Translations under genes and position numbers: made by a program
Shown here: one piece after another, positions 1-13,610 of the stretch
Layout of the letters: the number at the start of each line of letters is the position of its first letter
Position numbering within the stretch: the first letter of the stretch is position 1
Notes under the pieces: model-generated
Seen by the model: only the letters and a program-made list of their open reading frames with translations
Told to the model about the DNA's origin: nothing
Databases searched by the model: none
NCBI RefSeq assembly: GCF_963921235.1
Contig: NC_086097.1
Coordinates: 243,228,001 to 243,292,000, forward strand
Source: Mobula hypostoma
Lineage: Eukaryota
DNA: 64,000 bases
Direction: 5' to 3'

Positions 1-588
1 CCTCACTGTATTAAAAACTTTTCCTCCTGTTTCTATGAAGGAAACTAATAATCTGACAAGCTAATAAACAAGCTTATGGCCCTTGCACAGATTTCTTTTA
101 TTCAGATGCATGTTGAAAGAGGCTGTGTTTGTTGACTTTCAGATCACTTCTCCAACATAATAAGTTTCACTTATACTAATATCTTTTGTTTTCTTAGTCT
201 CTCAAGGATTTTTGATCACCTCCATTTCCAAGAAGTATGTTTAATTATTTATTTAGCAATACAATCAGTATGATAGAGCTGATAATGAGCCAACAGGTTT
301 ACAAGTAGAAGATTGTGGTAACATGAAGGGCAAACCAATGATTGGGTACGAATCCAGACAGAGCAAAGAATTAAATTGCACCACACAGACAAAATTTAAA
401 AAAAAGTAGGACTATGAGACACCCAGATTAATGACCATCTTTTGAATTTATTGAGCCTTCACACACAACAAGTCTCAATAGTTATCGGTGAGTAGTTTCC
501 ATTATCACATCAGCTTTGTTGAAGCAACATTTCAAAATAAATTCAAAAACAATTGATCAGAGGCACCACAGAAATATTTTTCTTCAGG

Positions 589-592
589 CACG

Positions 593-642
<50 letters not shown>
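589..642. repeat. (CA)n microsatellite
   Basis: Direct CA dinucleotide run; explains the THTHTH ORF at 553..849. Confidence 0.97.
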
Positions 643-646
<4 letters not shown>

Positions 647-875
647 ACTGGAGGAATTCAGCTGGTCAGGTAGCAATAAACAGGAATAAACAATCGACTT
701 CTCAGGTTAAGACCCAATTAAGACACAACCCATACATCTCCCCCCACCACTCTCTAATTCTGGCTTTGTCCCCCTTCTTTTCCAGTCCTGATGAAGGGTC
801 TCAGTCCAGACTGTTTATTTATTTCCATAGACACTGCCTAGCCTGCTGAGTTTCTCCAGTATTTCATATGTGTTG
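636..875. mobile_element. Penelope-derived mini element with inverted pseudo-LTR ends
   Basis: Left end acaaaatactggaggaattcagc is the approximate reverse complement of the right end gctgagtttctccagtatttcatatgtgt; contains cctgatgaagggtctc as in pLTRs at 27.1 and 55.9 kb. Confidence 0.7.
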
Positions 876-1102
876 TAATGTTTTATGTTCTATGTCCTAT
901 GATCCAAAAGTTAAAAGTACTGAACTATTTAAAATATCATCAAATGAACCCTGAACAAACTAAAAGTAGGTAGAGATTATGCCATTCATGGAAGAAAGGG
1001 GAATTGGAAATATTTAACAGATCACGAAGGGTTAATGTTTCAGGTCAAAACCCTTCATCAGAACTAACAAATGTCTTCAGTGCAAAATGTTAATTTTACA
1101 AA

Positions 1103-3228
1103 GAACATAGAATGGTACAGCACAGTAAGGCCCTTCATTGAGTTGACCCTTAAACCCTGCCTCCCATATAACCGCCCATCTTAAATTCCTCCATATACCT
1201 GTCCAGTAGTCTCTTAAATTTCACTAGTGTATCTGCCTCCACCACTGACGCAGGCAGTGAATTCCATGCACCAACCACTCTCTGAGTGGAAAAACCTTCC
1301 TCTAAAATCCCCCTTGAACTTCTCACCCCTTACCTTAAAGCCATGTTCTCTTGTATTGAGCAGTGGTGCCCTGTGGAAGAGGCGCTGGCTGTTCACTCTA
1401 TCTATTCCTCTTAATATCTTGTACACCTCTATCATGTCTCCTCTCATCATCCTCCTCTCCAAAGAGTAAAGCCCTAGCTCCCTTAATCTCTGATCATAAT
1501 GCATACTCTCTAAACCAGGCAACATCCTGGTAAATCTCCTCTGAAAACCTTCCAATGCTTCCACATCCTTCCTATAGTGAGGTGACCAGAAGTGGACACA
1601 GTACTCCAAGTGTGGCCTAACCAGAGTTTTATAGAGCTGCATCATTACCTCACGACTCTTAAACTCTATCCCTCGACTTATGAAAGCTAACACACCATAA
1701 GCTTTCTTAACTACCCTATCTACCTGTGAGGCAACTTGTAGGGATCTGTGGACATGTACCCCCAGATCAACTCTGCTCCTCCACACTACCAAGTATCCTG
1801 CCATTTACTTTGTACTCTGCCTTGGAGTTTGTCCTTCCAAAGTGTATCACCTCACATTTCTCCGGGTTGATCTCCATCTGCCACTTCTCAGCCCACTTCT
1901 GCATCCTATCAATGTCACTCTGCAACCTTCGACAATCTTCTACCCTATCCACAACACCACCAACCTTTGTGTCAACTGCAAACTTGCCAACCCACCCTTC
2001 TACACCCACATCCAGGTCGTTAATAAAAATCACGAGAAATAGAGGTCCCAGAACTGATCTTTGTGGGACACCACTAGTCACAACCCTCCAATCTGAATGT
2101 ACTCCCTCCACCATGACCCTCTGCCTTCTGCAGGCAAGCCAATTCTGAATCCACCTTGCCAAACTTCCCTGGATCCCATGCCTTCTGACTTTCTGAATCA
2201 GCCTACCATGTGGAACCTTGTCAAATGCCTTACTAAAATCCACATAGATCACATCCACTGCACTACCCTCATCTACATGCCTGGTCACCTCCTCAAAGAA
2301 CTCTATCAGGCTTGTTAGACATGATCTGCCCTTCACAAAGCCATGCTGACTGTCTCTGATCAGACCATGATTCTCTAAACTTCTATAGATCCTATCTCTA
2401 AGAATCTTTTCCAACAGCTTTCCCACTACAGACGTAAGGCTTACTGGGCTATAATTACCCGGACTATCCCTACTGCCTTGTTTGAACAAGGGGACAACAT
2501 TCGCCTCCCTCCAATCCTCCTGTACCATTCCCGTAGACAACGAGGACATAAAGATCCTAGCCAGAGGTTCAGCAATCTCTTCCCTCACCTCGTGGAACAG
2601 CCCGGGGAATATCCCATCAGGCCCCGGGGACTTATCCGTCCTAATGTATTTCAAAAACTCCAACACCTCCTCTCCCTTAATATCAACATGCTCCAGAACA
2701 TCAACCTCACTCATATTGTCCTCACCATCATCAAGTTCCCTCTCATTGGTGAATACTGAAGAGAAGTATTCATTGATGACCTCGCTCACTTCCACAGCCT
2801 CCAGGCACATCTTCCCACCTTTATCTCTAATCGGTCCTACCTTCACTCCTGTCATCCTTTTGTTCTTCACATAATTGAAGAATGCCTTGGAGTTTTCCTT
2901 TACCCTACTCACCAAAGCTTTCTCATGCCCCCTCTTGTTCTCATCAGCCTCTTCTTAAGCTCCTTTCTTACTACCTTGTATTCCTCAATAGACCCATCTG
3001 ATCCTTGCTTCCTAAACCTCATGTATGCTGCCTTCTTCCACCTGACTAGATTTTCCACCTCACTTGTCACCCATGGTTCCTTCACCCTACCATTCTTTAT
3101 CTACCTCACCGGGACAAATTTATCCCTAATATCCTGCAAGAGATCTCTAAACATTGACCACATGTCCATAGTACATTTCCCTGCAAAAATATCATCCCAA
3201 TTCACACCTGCAAGTTCTAGCCTTATAA
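1103..3228 (-). mobile_element. CR1 LINE, 5'-truncated, disrupted ORF2 (RT and C-terminus)
   Basis: ORFs 1767..2915 and 1214..1804 carry KSPGPDG, QHGFVKGRSC, DFSKAFDKVPH, GVPQxSVLGP, FAVDTK and RPHLEYC motifs; 3' UTR tail at the left end. Confidence 0.93.
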
Positions 3229-3540
3229 TTTTCTTCTCTCTTCACTGACTTGCTGTGTGTTTCTTACATTTTCTGTTTTATTTTATTTCAGATTTCTAGC
3301 ATCTGCAAGTTTTGACTTTGAAGAACACTTAAGTAGCCTAGCCAGCAGAATTTAAATTGATGAATGATTAACAAGGTATCCTAGATATATAGAAATCACA
3401 GCCAGTGTTAAGGAAAGAAGGAAGATCATTGAAGTCAAGATCGAAAAGGCAGAATTTGATGGCAGTTTCTCAGAGTTGGACTGTGACCAATCACTGAGCA
3501 GGTGTATGAGAAGAGAGCTAGCCTCCATTGTTCTTTAAAT

Positions 3541-3780
3541 CTCAAAGTTCAAAGTATATTTATTAACAAAGTATGTATGCAGTATACAACCCTAAGGTTC
3601 GTCCTCCTACAGGCTGTCATGAAACAAAGAAAAGGCAACCCTTTCAAAGAAAATATCAAACACCCAACACGCAAAGAAAGAACAAACTGCAAGGAACGAG
3701 TGAGAAACGCACAGAACATAAAACGTCACACCACAGAGTCCAAGAAACAGTCTCGGATATCCAGCAGGATGTGCAAATGC
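3541..3780 (-). mobile_element. Dispersed non-autonomous repeat with (CTTTGAA)-type tail
   Basis: Similar 3' end (cagggttgtatactgcatacatactttgataataaa...) recurs at ~5500-5690, 6122-6440, 6690-7340, 9945-10700, 12670-13130, 35488-35750 and 56370-56757. Confidence 0.6.
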
Positions 3781-4260
3781 TGATAAAGCATTAATCTGGC
3801 ATTGCAGCTTGCTGGGAAATGATTGCAATTCCACGGTGAAAAGCTAAAGTTTACTCTTGCAAGTTCTTAGGTGCAAATTTTCATGTCATACTGAGGGAAC
3901 CTTACTGGCAGAGTCATGTGATTGACGACAGTGATTTTCCCTGCACTTGCTCCATCTGCTGAACCTATTCCAGTTGGACAGAGCTGGAAATACTTCGTCA
4001 CAGGCAGCTGACCAAGTCTTTACGCATATTTAAGGCAGAGGTTGTCATATTCTTGATTGTTCAGGGCTTGAAGCCATTTGGGGCAAAGGTCCTGATGATT
4101 TTGACAGCTAGTAAAGCTGTTTGTTTTTATTGTTATTGTCACATGTACCAGGATACAGTGAAAAGCTGTCCTGCATTCTGTTCAAACATATCAAGTAAAT
4201 ACACAGTGCATTGAGGTAAAACAATAACAATGCAGAATAAGGTGTAACATACAGAGAAAG

Positions 4261-4775
4261 TAGCCTCTGACAACCAAATCCAGCTCCTGGCTTTCACGTG
4301 TGGCTTAGCCACTAAACCTGATGGAACTGTTTCTACTGACAGGAGAAGGGACAAGGGTGGGCTACTGCTGCCTAAAAACGGGTCGCTTTGGGCAAGTGAG
4401 GCTTGTTACCCAACATTGGCAGCTCATCTATGAAAGGAAAACTCTGATCTCAAACTTCCAATGCCTTGAGCCTATACCCAATCATAGGGAAGGCTTTTAC
4501 TGTAAACCCCGAGGGAAAAATCTGGAGCTGGAGTCCCTCAGAAGTCCTATGTTGAGTTTAACGCTGATTGGCAAATCCCGTGACACCGCTGGTGCCAAAC
4601 TGTATCAGTTGCTGCTGTTCGTTTGGGTTCATCAGTTATGTGGAGAGAGGAAGCTTGCTACATTGGCAACATCTTGCTTTCCATATTGTCCTGCCCTGGC
4701 TTGCATATCTAGACAGCTAGGATACAATATCCATGGTCAATTCTGACCGACAGAGGCCTCACTCACTCACTCACA
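4261..4775 (+). mobile_element. RTE-like non-autonomous retroelement with (CTCA)n tail
   Basis: Homologous copies at 13660-14055 and 40270-41355; ends in cctcactcactcactcac. Superfamily assignment is inference. Confidence 0.6.
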
Positions 4776-4844
4776 CGGAGAAAGTTCAGTCGGGTGAGCC
4801 ATAAAGTGCAAGATCATAACAAGGTACAAAAGTCCATTTTACAT

Positions 4845-5460
4845 CATTTCGGAGGATCTGTCCTGGGCCAACACGTAAATGCAATTTCGAAGAAGGCACA
4901 GCAACGCTGCTATTTCCGTAGAAGCTTAAGAAGATTCGGCATGACATCTAAAGCTTTGACAAACTTCTATAGATGTGTGGTGCAGAGTACGTTGACTGGT
5001 TGCATCACAGCCTGATGTGTGGAAACACCAATGTTATTAAGCAGAAAATCCTACAAAAAGTCAATGACATGGCCCAGTCCATCGTAGGTAAGGAGGGAGG
5101 GAACGTCGACTCAGACCATGAGAGGCCTGCGTCGGGCATTTTCATGCCTTACAAGGCGCAGATTGGAAGCCTGTGTGGCGCGCCACTCCCTGCACAGATA
5201 AGACCTCCCGACAATTAAACTCATCTACATGAACCTGCTGAGTTTCTCCAGCATTCTGTGTGTGTTAATCGGAGTGCTGTCGCAGGAAAGCAGTATGCAT
5301 CATTGAGGACCTCCACCATGCAAGCCATGCTTTCTTCTTGCTGCTGCCGTCAGGAGGAAAATACAGGAGCCTCAGGACCCACACCACCAAGTACAGGAGC
5401 ATATATTACCCCTCAACCATCAGGTTCTTGAACTAGAGGGGATATCTTCACTCATCCCAT
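4845..5460 (+). mobile_element. Rex1/Babar-like LINE 3' fragment, interrupted
   Basis: Peptide KKAQQRCYFRRSLRRFGM...FYRCVVQSTLTGCITA, followed by degenerate HPxH...LPSGRxYRSL. Confidence 0.7.
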
Positions 5461-7619
5461 CACAGAACTGTTCCCACAACTTATGGGCTACTTTCAAGGA
5501 CTTTTCATCTCATGTTCTTGATATTTATTGTTTTTTTTTGTATTTGCACACAGTTTGTCATCTTTTGCACATTGGTTATTTGTCTGTTCTGTTGGATGTG
5601 GCCTTTCATCAATTGTACTGTTTTTCTTTGACTTGCAGTGCAAATCCACAAAAAAAGTGAATCTCAGGGTTGTATACAGTGACATATATGTACTGAGGCT
5701 CCTGTACCTTCTTCCTGATAGTGAGGAAGTTTTCATGGGCTCATGGTGCCTTCAGAAAAAACAATGGTGGATGAGAAGAAGCTGTTCCAATGACAGTAGC
5801 AATGAGAAGAGGGCATGTCCTGAGTGGAGAAAATAATGAATATATTGAACTGTCAGCCTGTTTTCTTTTCCTTGACTCTTTAATCCCGTTCTCAGCTTTG
5901 ATTTTGTTCTCTAGCTGACGAAACTACAGGCAGAATATATAGAGTGGTTCTATTCCCATATTCAGAGGAACGAAGAATATGTGACGTGTCGAAGGAGAAA
6001 GGTAAAGGAACTGAAATGACCTGGCGTGGGTGATCTTCGTACAATGCATAGTTGATATCTTTAATACTCATCTGGGATAGAAGCGGAGTTACAATCAACT
6101 GTGGTGTTCAAGGGAGCTAAGAAAGTTCAATAGGTACATTTAACGTCAGAGAAATGTATAGAATATACATCCTGAAATTCTTTCTCTTCGCAAACGTCCA
6201 CGAAGACAGAGAAGTGCCCCAAAGAATAAATGACAGTTAAACGTTAGAACCCCAAAGCGCCCCCCTCCCACACACAAACAACAGCAAAGCAATGATAACC
6301 CCTCCCCCACCAGCAAAAAAGCATCGGCACACCCCACCGAGCACTCAAGCGTGCAGCAAAGCATCAATAAAGACACAGACTTGCAGTACCCCAAGCAGTA
6401 CCTGTTCACCCGGTAATTCGATATACCACAGGCTCTCATATGCAAAGTATATGCAAAGAAAGACTGACTGAATTGGTTGTTCTTGATCAGCTAAGTAGCT
6501 GTCATTCTATGATTCTGCTCTTCCTCTGCACCACTGTATCCCACAGGAGGAGGGCAAAGATGATGGTGACAAGAAAAATGAGGTACAGCCTTCTATAGGA
6601 AGAAGGTGGTGCCAGTGAACAAAGCTACCAAAGGTTCACAAAGCAACTTCTTTCATTTCTTTTATGTCAGATGTGGATCTGCCGTCTACATTTTGGAAGT
6701 GTGCTTTTGGGCCGATTGGCAATCTGGTGCTTTGCTGTCTCCAAGAGGGTTCCAAGAGGCTGCAAGGAGAGTATGCAGCAGAGAGGCCAGGAAGGCAGGA
6801 GACGGGGTGCAAGCCCATGAATGACTCCACCCCTCGCCGAACTCACTGATTAAAGTGCTGAGGAAGATTGAAATCGTCGAGGTGGGTGCGGAGGGTGAGC
6901 AAGTGTTCTACTCACTGCTCTCAAGGGTAGGTCCTTGTGTTTGAGTAATCGCTCCCTCTCCCTCGACGCTGCTGGAGAACGGTGGCAGAGCAAGTTCGAA
7001 TTGCCGCAGTTTGTAGATTTGGATCTAATTCAGGTTTATGATGTATACTAGTTCTGGTCACTCCTTTATTATTGCTACATTTGGATGATTTCTGAATCAG
7101 GGATGCCTGCAGATAATGAACACTGAGCTGAACTCAAATATGCCTCTCGATTTTGTGTTTTATATTCTGTGTTTTCGCTCAATCTTTTTGCTGGTGTTTG
7201 CGTGATTTTTTTTTGCATATGGGGGGGTGATAGGTTGTTTCCATGGTTCTTTGTTTCTGTCTATAAGGAAGACGAATTTCAGGGTTATCTGCTGCATACA
7301 AACTTTGATAATAAATTTATTCTGAATCTTCAAATCTTTGATACAGTGCAGAAATACATGGCAACCTTCCACATGTCTCTTTCATCCACCATGCGCAGGG
7401 AAGATAGGACCAGACTTCCAAGAAAACTGCAGAAGTGCAGCCAGCAGGGTAGAAAGATTAGAAAGAAAGATGGATTAGCTTTGTTTGTTAAATGTACTTC
7501 GAAACATGCAGTGAAACGTGTTGTTTGCATCGACCGCCAACAAAGCACAAGGATGTTCTGGGCATACCGCAAGTTTTGCCATGCTTCTGACACCAGTATA
7601 GCATGCCCATAGCTAACTA

Positions 7620-7780
7620 ACCTTAACCCATCCATCTTTGGAATATTGGAGGAAACTGGAGCACCCAGAGGAAACTCACATGGTTCCGGGGAGAACGGAC
7701 AGCAGCAGGGAATTGAACCTCGATCTTCTGATCTCTGGCACTGTGAAATGTCACGCCAATCCACTACGCTGCTGTGCCGC
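7620..7780 (-). mobile_element. tRNA-derived V-SINE-like element
   Basis: Minus strand has a B-box-like GGTTCAATTCC and V-domain-like GTTTCCTCTGGGTGCTCCAGTTTCCTCC; related pieces at 8810-9155 and 52222-52460. Confidence 0.6.
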
Positions 7781-7924
7781 AATATATCATAGAGTGTCTA
7801 TATGACTGAAACCTGTTAAAATGACTATGGTTACTTTGTAACTTGAGTTTGTATTAATATTCCAGAATCATTTAACACTTACAATATTTGAAGGGTACAA
7901 ATTAACCATCAGATGAAGTTGACT

Positions 7925-8645
7925 GAGTGCAGAGGGACTTGGGAGTGCTTGCACATGAATCGCAAAAAAGTGGCTTGCAGGTACAACAGGTTATTAAGAA
8001 GGCAAACGGAATGTTGGCCTTCATTGCTAGAGGGATTGAATTCAAGAGCAGGGAGGCCCTGCTACAACTATACAGGGTACTGGTGAGGCCGCACCTGGAC
8101 GACTGTGTGCATTTCTGGTCTCCATAATTCAGGAAGGATACACTGGCTTTGGAGGCAGTGCAGAGGAGGTTCACCAGGTTGATTCCAGGGATGAAGGGGT
8201 TAACCTATGAGGAGAGATTGAGTCGCCTGGGACTATACTCTCTGGAATTCAGAAGAATGAGAGGGGATCTTGTAGAAACATACAAAATTTTGAAAGGGAT
8301 AGATAATATAGAAATAGGAAAGTTGTGACCAGAACTAGGGGAACATTGCCTCAAGATTCAGGGGAGAAGATTTAGGACGGAGATGAGGAGAAACTGTTTT
8401 TCCCAGAGAGTGGTGAATCTGTGGAATTCTCTGCCCAGGGAAGCAGTTGAGGCTTCTTCACTAAATATATTTAAGATACAGTTAGATAGGTTTTTAGATG
8501 GTGAGGGAATTAAGGGTTATGGGGAAAAGGCAGGTAGATGGAGCTGAGTTTACGGACAGATCAGCCATCTTATTGAATGGTGGAGCAGGCTCGATGGGCC
8601 GGATGGCCGACTCCTGCTCCTATTTCTTATGCTCTTATGTTCTTA
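7925..8645 (+). mobile_element. CR1 LINE 3' fragment
   Basis: QRDLGV...KKANGMLAFIARG...RPHLDDC peptide, CR1 3' UTR and tatgttct tail. Confidence 0.9.
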
Positions 8646-10944
8646 CTTATTTTACTTATTTAGCGATACAGGGCAGAATAGGCTCTTCTGGCCCTTTGAG
8701 CTGCACAGCCCAGCAACTCCCAACAGCCCCGATTTTATTTATTTATTTATACTGAGACTCTATGTTTGAGTTTATTCATTTACTGAGACACTTCTGGCCC
8801 TTCAAGCCACGCTGCCAACTGGAGAACCCGGAGGAAACCCAGACGGCCACAGGGAGAGCATACAATCTCCTTACAGGAAGGATGGGGCACTGAGCTCCGA
8901 TCGCCTGTACTGTGAAGCATTGTGCTAACCCCTGTGCTACCCAGCCATCTTAACCCTAATCACTGGACAATTTACAATCACCAGTTAATCCCTTCAGAGT
9001 GTGGAAGGAAGCCAGAGGACCTGGAAAAAACTCACATAGTCCATGGGGAGGACGTACACAGACTCTTTACAGAGGAAGTGCAGAGTAAATCTCTGAACTC
9101 CAATGGCCCAAGAAGTAATAGTGTCCTGCATTTAGGTTACACCACTGTGGTGTCCCAATGTGACTGCTTAGACTTGCCCTGTAGATTATCCACACATCTC
9201 TGTGTCATTCATTGATCATGAAATTATCGTAATCAAATTACTCATTTAATGCTGACTTATGTGCTCCGATAAATATAAGTTAGATCATGTCAGGGCAGAG
9301 ATGATATTACGGTGAGCGCGACACTCCCTTCTGGTACTTTGCCAGTTCCCATGCTTTTGGAACATTGACTCATCGGCCCGTGATGAGATGCACGATTCAA
9401 GATTGTTTGAAGAAATTTCTAACATGCATGTGTAAAGGAGAATGAAATAATTGTTACTCTGGATCCAATGCAGGACAAATAAACACAATAAGATAAAGAA
9501 CACATATAATAAAAAACACAATAAATAGAAATACACAAGATGGCTTATATACGTAGATTGATTGCACATATATAAAGTGATACTGGTCACAGAAGTGTTT
9601 GTGCATAGGGTGACTGATAGGAAATAATAAAGTCGTGGTGGTAGGGGTCATGGAGAGGTGAGTCAGTGGGTGGAGATGTTGATCAGCCTTACTGCTTGGG
9701 AAAAGTAGCTGTTTTCCAGTCTGGTGGTCTTGACCTGGCTGTGACATAGCCTCCTCCCTGATGGGAGTGGGAGAGATGGTCCACGAGCAGGGTGGGTGGT
9801 TGTGGGATCCTTCATCCAAGCTTCTGTGTATGAATATCTTTGATGGTGAAAGGCTGATGCCATTGAGGAGCCCTCCCGTCTGGGAACATGAGAGGTTATG
9901 CAAGATGTGCACTCCCAGGAGTTTGAAACTAATCAATAAACTTTCAAAGGTCCAATTTAATGTCAGAGAAATGTATACAATATACATCCTGAAATGCTTT
10001 TTCTTCACAAACATCCACGGAAACAGAGAAGTGCCTCAAAGAATGAACAACAGATAAACGTGAGAGGCCCAAAGGCCCCCCCAGCTCCCCTCCCTTCTGC
10101 GCGTAAATGGCAGCGAGCAACGATCCCCCCCCGTCCCCCCACCGGCAAAAAAAAGCAGCATTGGCACCGTCACCGAGCATTCAAGCCTGAGCAAAGCAAT
10201 AGCAAAGACACAGACTTGCAGTTACACCCAGCACTCGACATACTACGGATTCTCTCTCTCCCTAATAAGGGAGGAGGAGGTGTCTCCATTTTCCCAGCAA
10301 GCGGGGAGACATAACAAACAACTCGGTGGTTTAAGATGTTAAAAAGTCTGTTACTTCACTTTTTTCAAGCTCTGTGCCTGAAGATCGCAAAGATCTCGGG
10401 TCTTTGACACACGGGTCTCCTGCCGTGACACCGACCCTTGATCCGCCCGTCTCCAGAGCCCGGAGATCTTAGGCTTCCAAATCCGAGCCAGTCTCTCAGT
10501 CTGAACCCTTGACGTGCTGAACAAGGGCCAGTCCTGAAACCCCAAGTATGGGTCCCATTCCTGCAAAGAACTGAAGTCAGCGTGTAAGTCCAGGTCAGGG
10601 TCTTCAAAAGAACCCTGATAGGGAAAAATACAGATATTAAAGTTGGAAATAGAGCTGTTTCCGAAGATGCAAGTAAAAGAGTCGCCGTTTAGCGTCATCT
10701 TAACTTCGTTCCACCTCCCCGAATTCATCACACTTTCTGCAAACTTCCCTGCTGAAAGGATGTAAAGAAGAGATGAAGTGGTCAAGAATTTGGTAGGTGT
10801 AAGTAAATGTGAAGTTGTTCACTTTGTTAAGGACCATGATAATTCGGAAATTCTATCACATATAGAAAGCTTTTTGGAAAATGTGATGGAAATTGAAAAG
10901 TAGTTGTCTGTAATCGTGTGTTGATATCTTACCAGATTCTCTGT

Positions 10945-11500
10945 GTGTATGATCCCCATGGCGGGTGGAGATACATCTCTCCAAAGAAGGTGTAAGGCAC
11001 TCCTTGCTTCCTCTAGGCTGCAGGTCACCCTTGGGTAAGGTGTAGCAAGGTGTGTATCCTGATGAAAGTTCTCAGCGCGAAACATCGGCTATACTCTTTC
11101 CCGTAGATGCTGCCTGGCCTCCCAAGTCCCTCCAGCACTTTGTGTGTGTTGCTTTGGATTTCCAGCATCTGCAGATTTTCTCTTGTCAATGGAAGGTGCA
11201 GCAGCTGCCTAGCCTCCCCCAGTCAGAGTCACATGAAGCCACGGCAGCAGGTAGCGCACGGTCGTACGAGAAGCCGGTGCATATCACAAGTCCCAGTTAT
11301 GAGACCACCAGCACCGGGCAGACAATCTCTGAAGAGTTTCGATAATGGCCTGGGTCTTGTAAAGATACTGCCTAGAAGAAGGCAATGGCAAACTACTTCT
11401 GTAGAAAAGTTTGCCAGGAACAATCATGGTCATGGAAAGACCATGATCTCCCTGCCATGGCACATAACAATCAAACATATTGGGCACCACATGGTAGGCA
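10945..11500 (+). mobile_element. RTE/BovB-related SINE-like element interrupted by a Penelope pLTR (11053-11190)
   Basis: Contains agaaggcaatggcaaac, typical of RTE/BovB-related tails; the pLTR insert is flanked by AAGGTGTAGCA / AAGGTGCAGCA. Confidence 0.5.
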
Positions 11501-13610
11501 ACACACCCATACACAAAATGTTCGAGAAACTCAGCACATTGAACAGCAAATCAAGAAACAAATCTATGCAGAAGATGCTTTACCTCAGATGAAAAAGTTT
11601 CAAACAGACTTGAATTGGTAAGGATGTGGTACAAAGGCTGTGGGATCTTCGTTTAACGCACACAAAATGTTGGAGGAACTCAGTAGTCAGAAATTCATAC
11701 AGCATCTGCAGAGGGGAATAAACAGTTGACTAATTGGGCCGAGGCCTTTCATCAGGATTGGAAAGGAAAGGGAAAGAAGCCAAAAGAAGAAGAAGGTGGA
11801 CAGGGGAAGGGAGATGAGCACAAGCTGGCAACTCCATTCTGGTTACCCTGTCATCCCTTCTCTTCTCCTCACTGCCCAACACAACCCTTTAGTTACCTCC
11901 TCCTTCCCTTTATTTCATGGGTGCTCTCCTCTTCTGTTAAATTTTTTCTTCTTCAGCCCTTTAACTCTTCCACCTATCACCTCCCTCCTTCTTACTCTTT
12001 TACCCCTTCCTTCACCTTTTTTCCTCTATAGAAGTTTATAAGAGGCATAGCTAGACAACCGGTATCTGTTTCTCAGGGTTGAAATATCTAATACCATAGG
12101 CCATGCATTTAAGGTGAGGTGGGTGGGGGGGGGGCGGGGTCAGTGCAAAGGATATGACTTGATGGGCGAGTGGAATGTGTTGCCTGGAGATGAAAGTGAT
12201 AGACACTAATAAACAGAGAATGGAAAGGCATGGACATTGTGTAGGCAGAAGAAATTGATTTAGGTGAATTAATTTGGCCCACAATGTTGTGTCAAACCAA
12301 TATGATTATTCATTTAATTGGGTCGGCATAACATTGTGGGCCGAAGGGCCTGTTTCTGTGCTGTACTGTTCTATGTTCTATTACCTGCAGCAGCAGCAGC
12401 AGAAGACACATAATGACTATCATTATACCAGATTCAATCAAAACCAGAATCAGGTTTAAAATCACTGATAAATATGAAATTTGCTGTTTTACCGCAGTGG
12501 TATTGTGCAATACACAAGAAATTACGATAAATTACAAAAGGTAAAAACCTGTATGGTTTAACATGGCGCTGGTGAATCTCAGTGACTTCTGGCTGGTGGC
12601 CGATGAAACTCTTTTTCTGATAAATGAATATTGCAAGCAATAGTCCATAACTTTTCCTTTGGATTTAGAGGCAATTGATGTGGCAGAACTGAGGCGAGGC
12701 GAGGCCTAAGGAAGACCAGCGATTTGATCGATTTAAGCACTGGGCCGAATTGAAAAGATCGGGTACAGTCCGCATCGAGGCGGCAGGGTCCTGGCCCCGG
12801 AGGTTACCGAAACAACAGAACCCGATGTTTGGACGACGATTTAGTCGCTGGTCCAGATTGAAAAGATGAGGATGTTGGGGCCCGAGGTGAGGGACAGGAC
12901 ACTGCTCCACTCTGTGCTGAACTAGGGGTCTGGGGACGGACTCTCTGTGGAGTTCAGAATGCTATTTGCTCACATTCATTGTTTGCATGATCTGTTTTTT
13001 TTTTGCACTGCACATTGGGTGCTTGACAATCTTTCCTTTAAATTGTTTTTTTTTTCCGGATTCCTTGTTTTGTGGCTGCCTGTAAGGAGATGAGTCTCAA
13101 TGTTGTAAAATATACTTTGATAATAAAGGAACTCGCTTCCCGGGAGATGTGGAGATCATGGGCCTTGGTCTCACCCATGCTCCTTGTAATCTTTTGCATT
13201 CAGGGAGGCTGTCCTGAGGAGGCATAAACCATGCCACTGGACATACGTATCATGAAAACATCTTGCTTTGTTAGGTTTCTTGGAATCCAAAATGAAATGG
13301 CATTGTTTTGATTACAACCTTTATGAAATTAATCCAAAATGGAAAAGGGGTATTTCTGGTGCTAAATCATTAACAGGATCTGCAGGATCTCTTGTGTCTA
13401 GGGAAAAGAAGTGTGCCTTCTTTGGACAGTTGGTCAGACGGCCTTTCACTGGTAATTCTCCAGTTCTCACCTCACTTAAATTCTCTTCCTCAAAGATTCT
13501 CCTGAAATCGTTCTGGTACCAGAAGTCCCTACAAAGGACTGTGAGAATGGCTGAGAGGACCTTAGGAGACTCCCTACCATCCATCAGGGACATTTATCAG
13601 GAGTGCTGTG

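Noticed and set aside
198..234. Possible 37-nt exon (ttttcttAG...GTATGT)
   Set aside because: Too short to evaluate, length not a multiple of three, no recognisable peptide.
553..849. 98-aa ORF with THTHTH run
   Set aside because: Translation of the CA microsatellite and a pLTR remnant.
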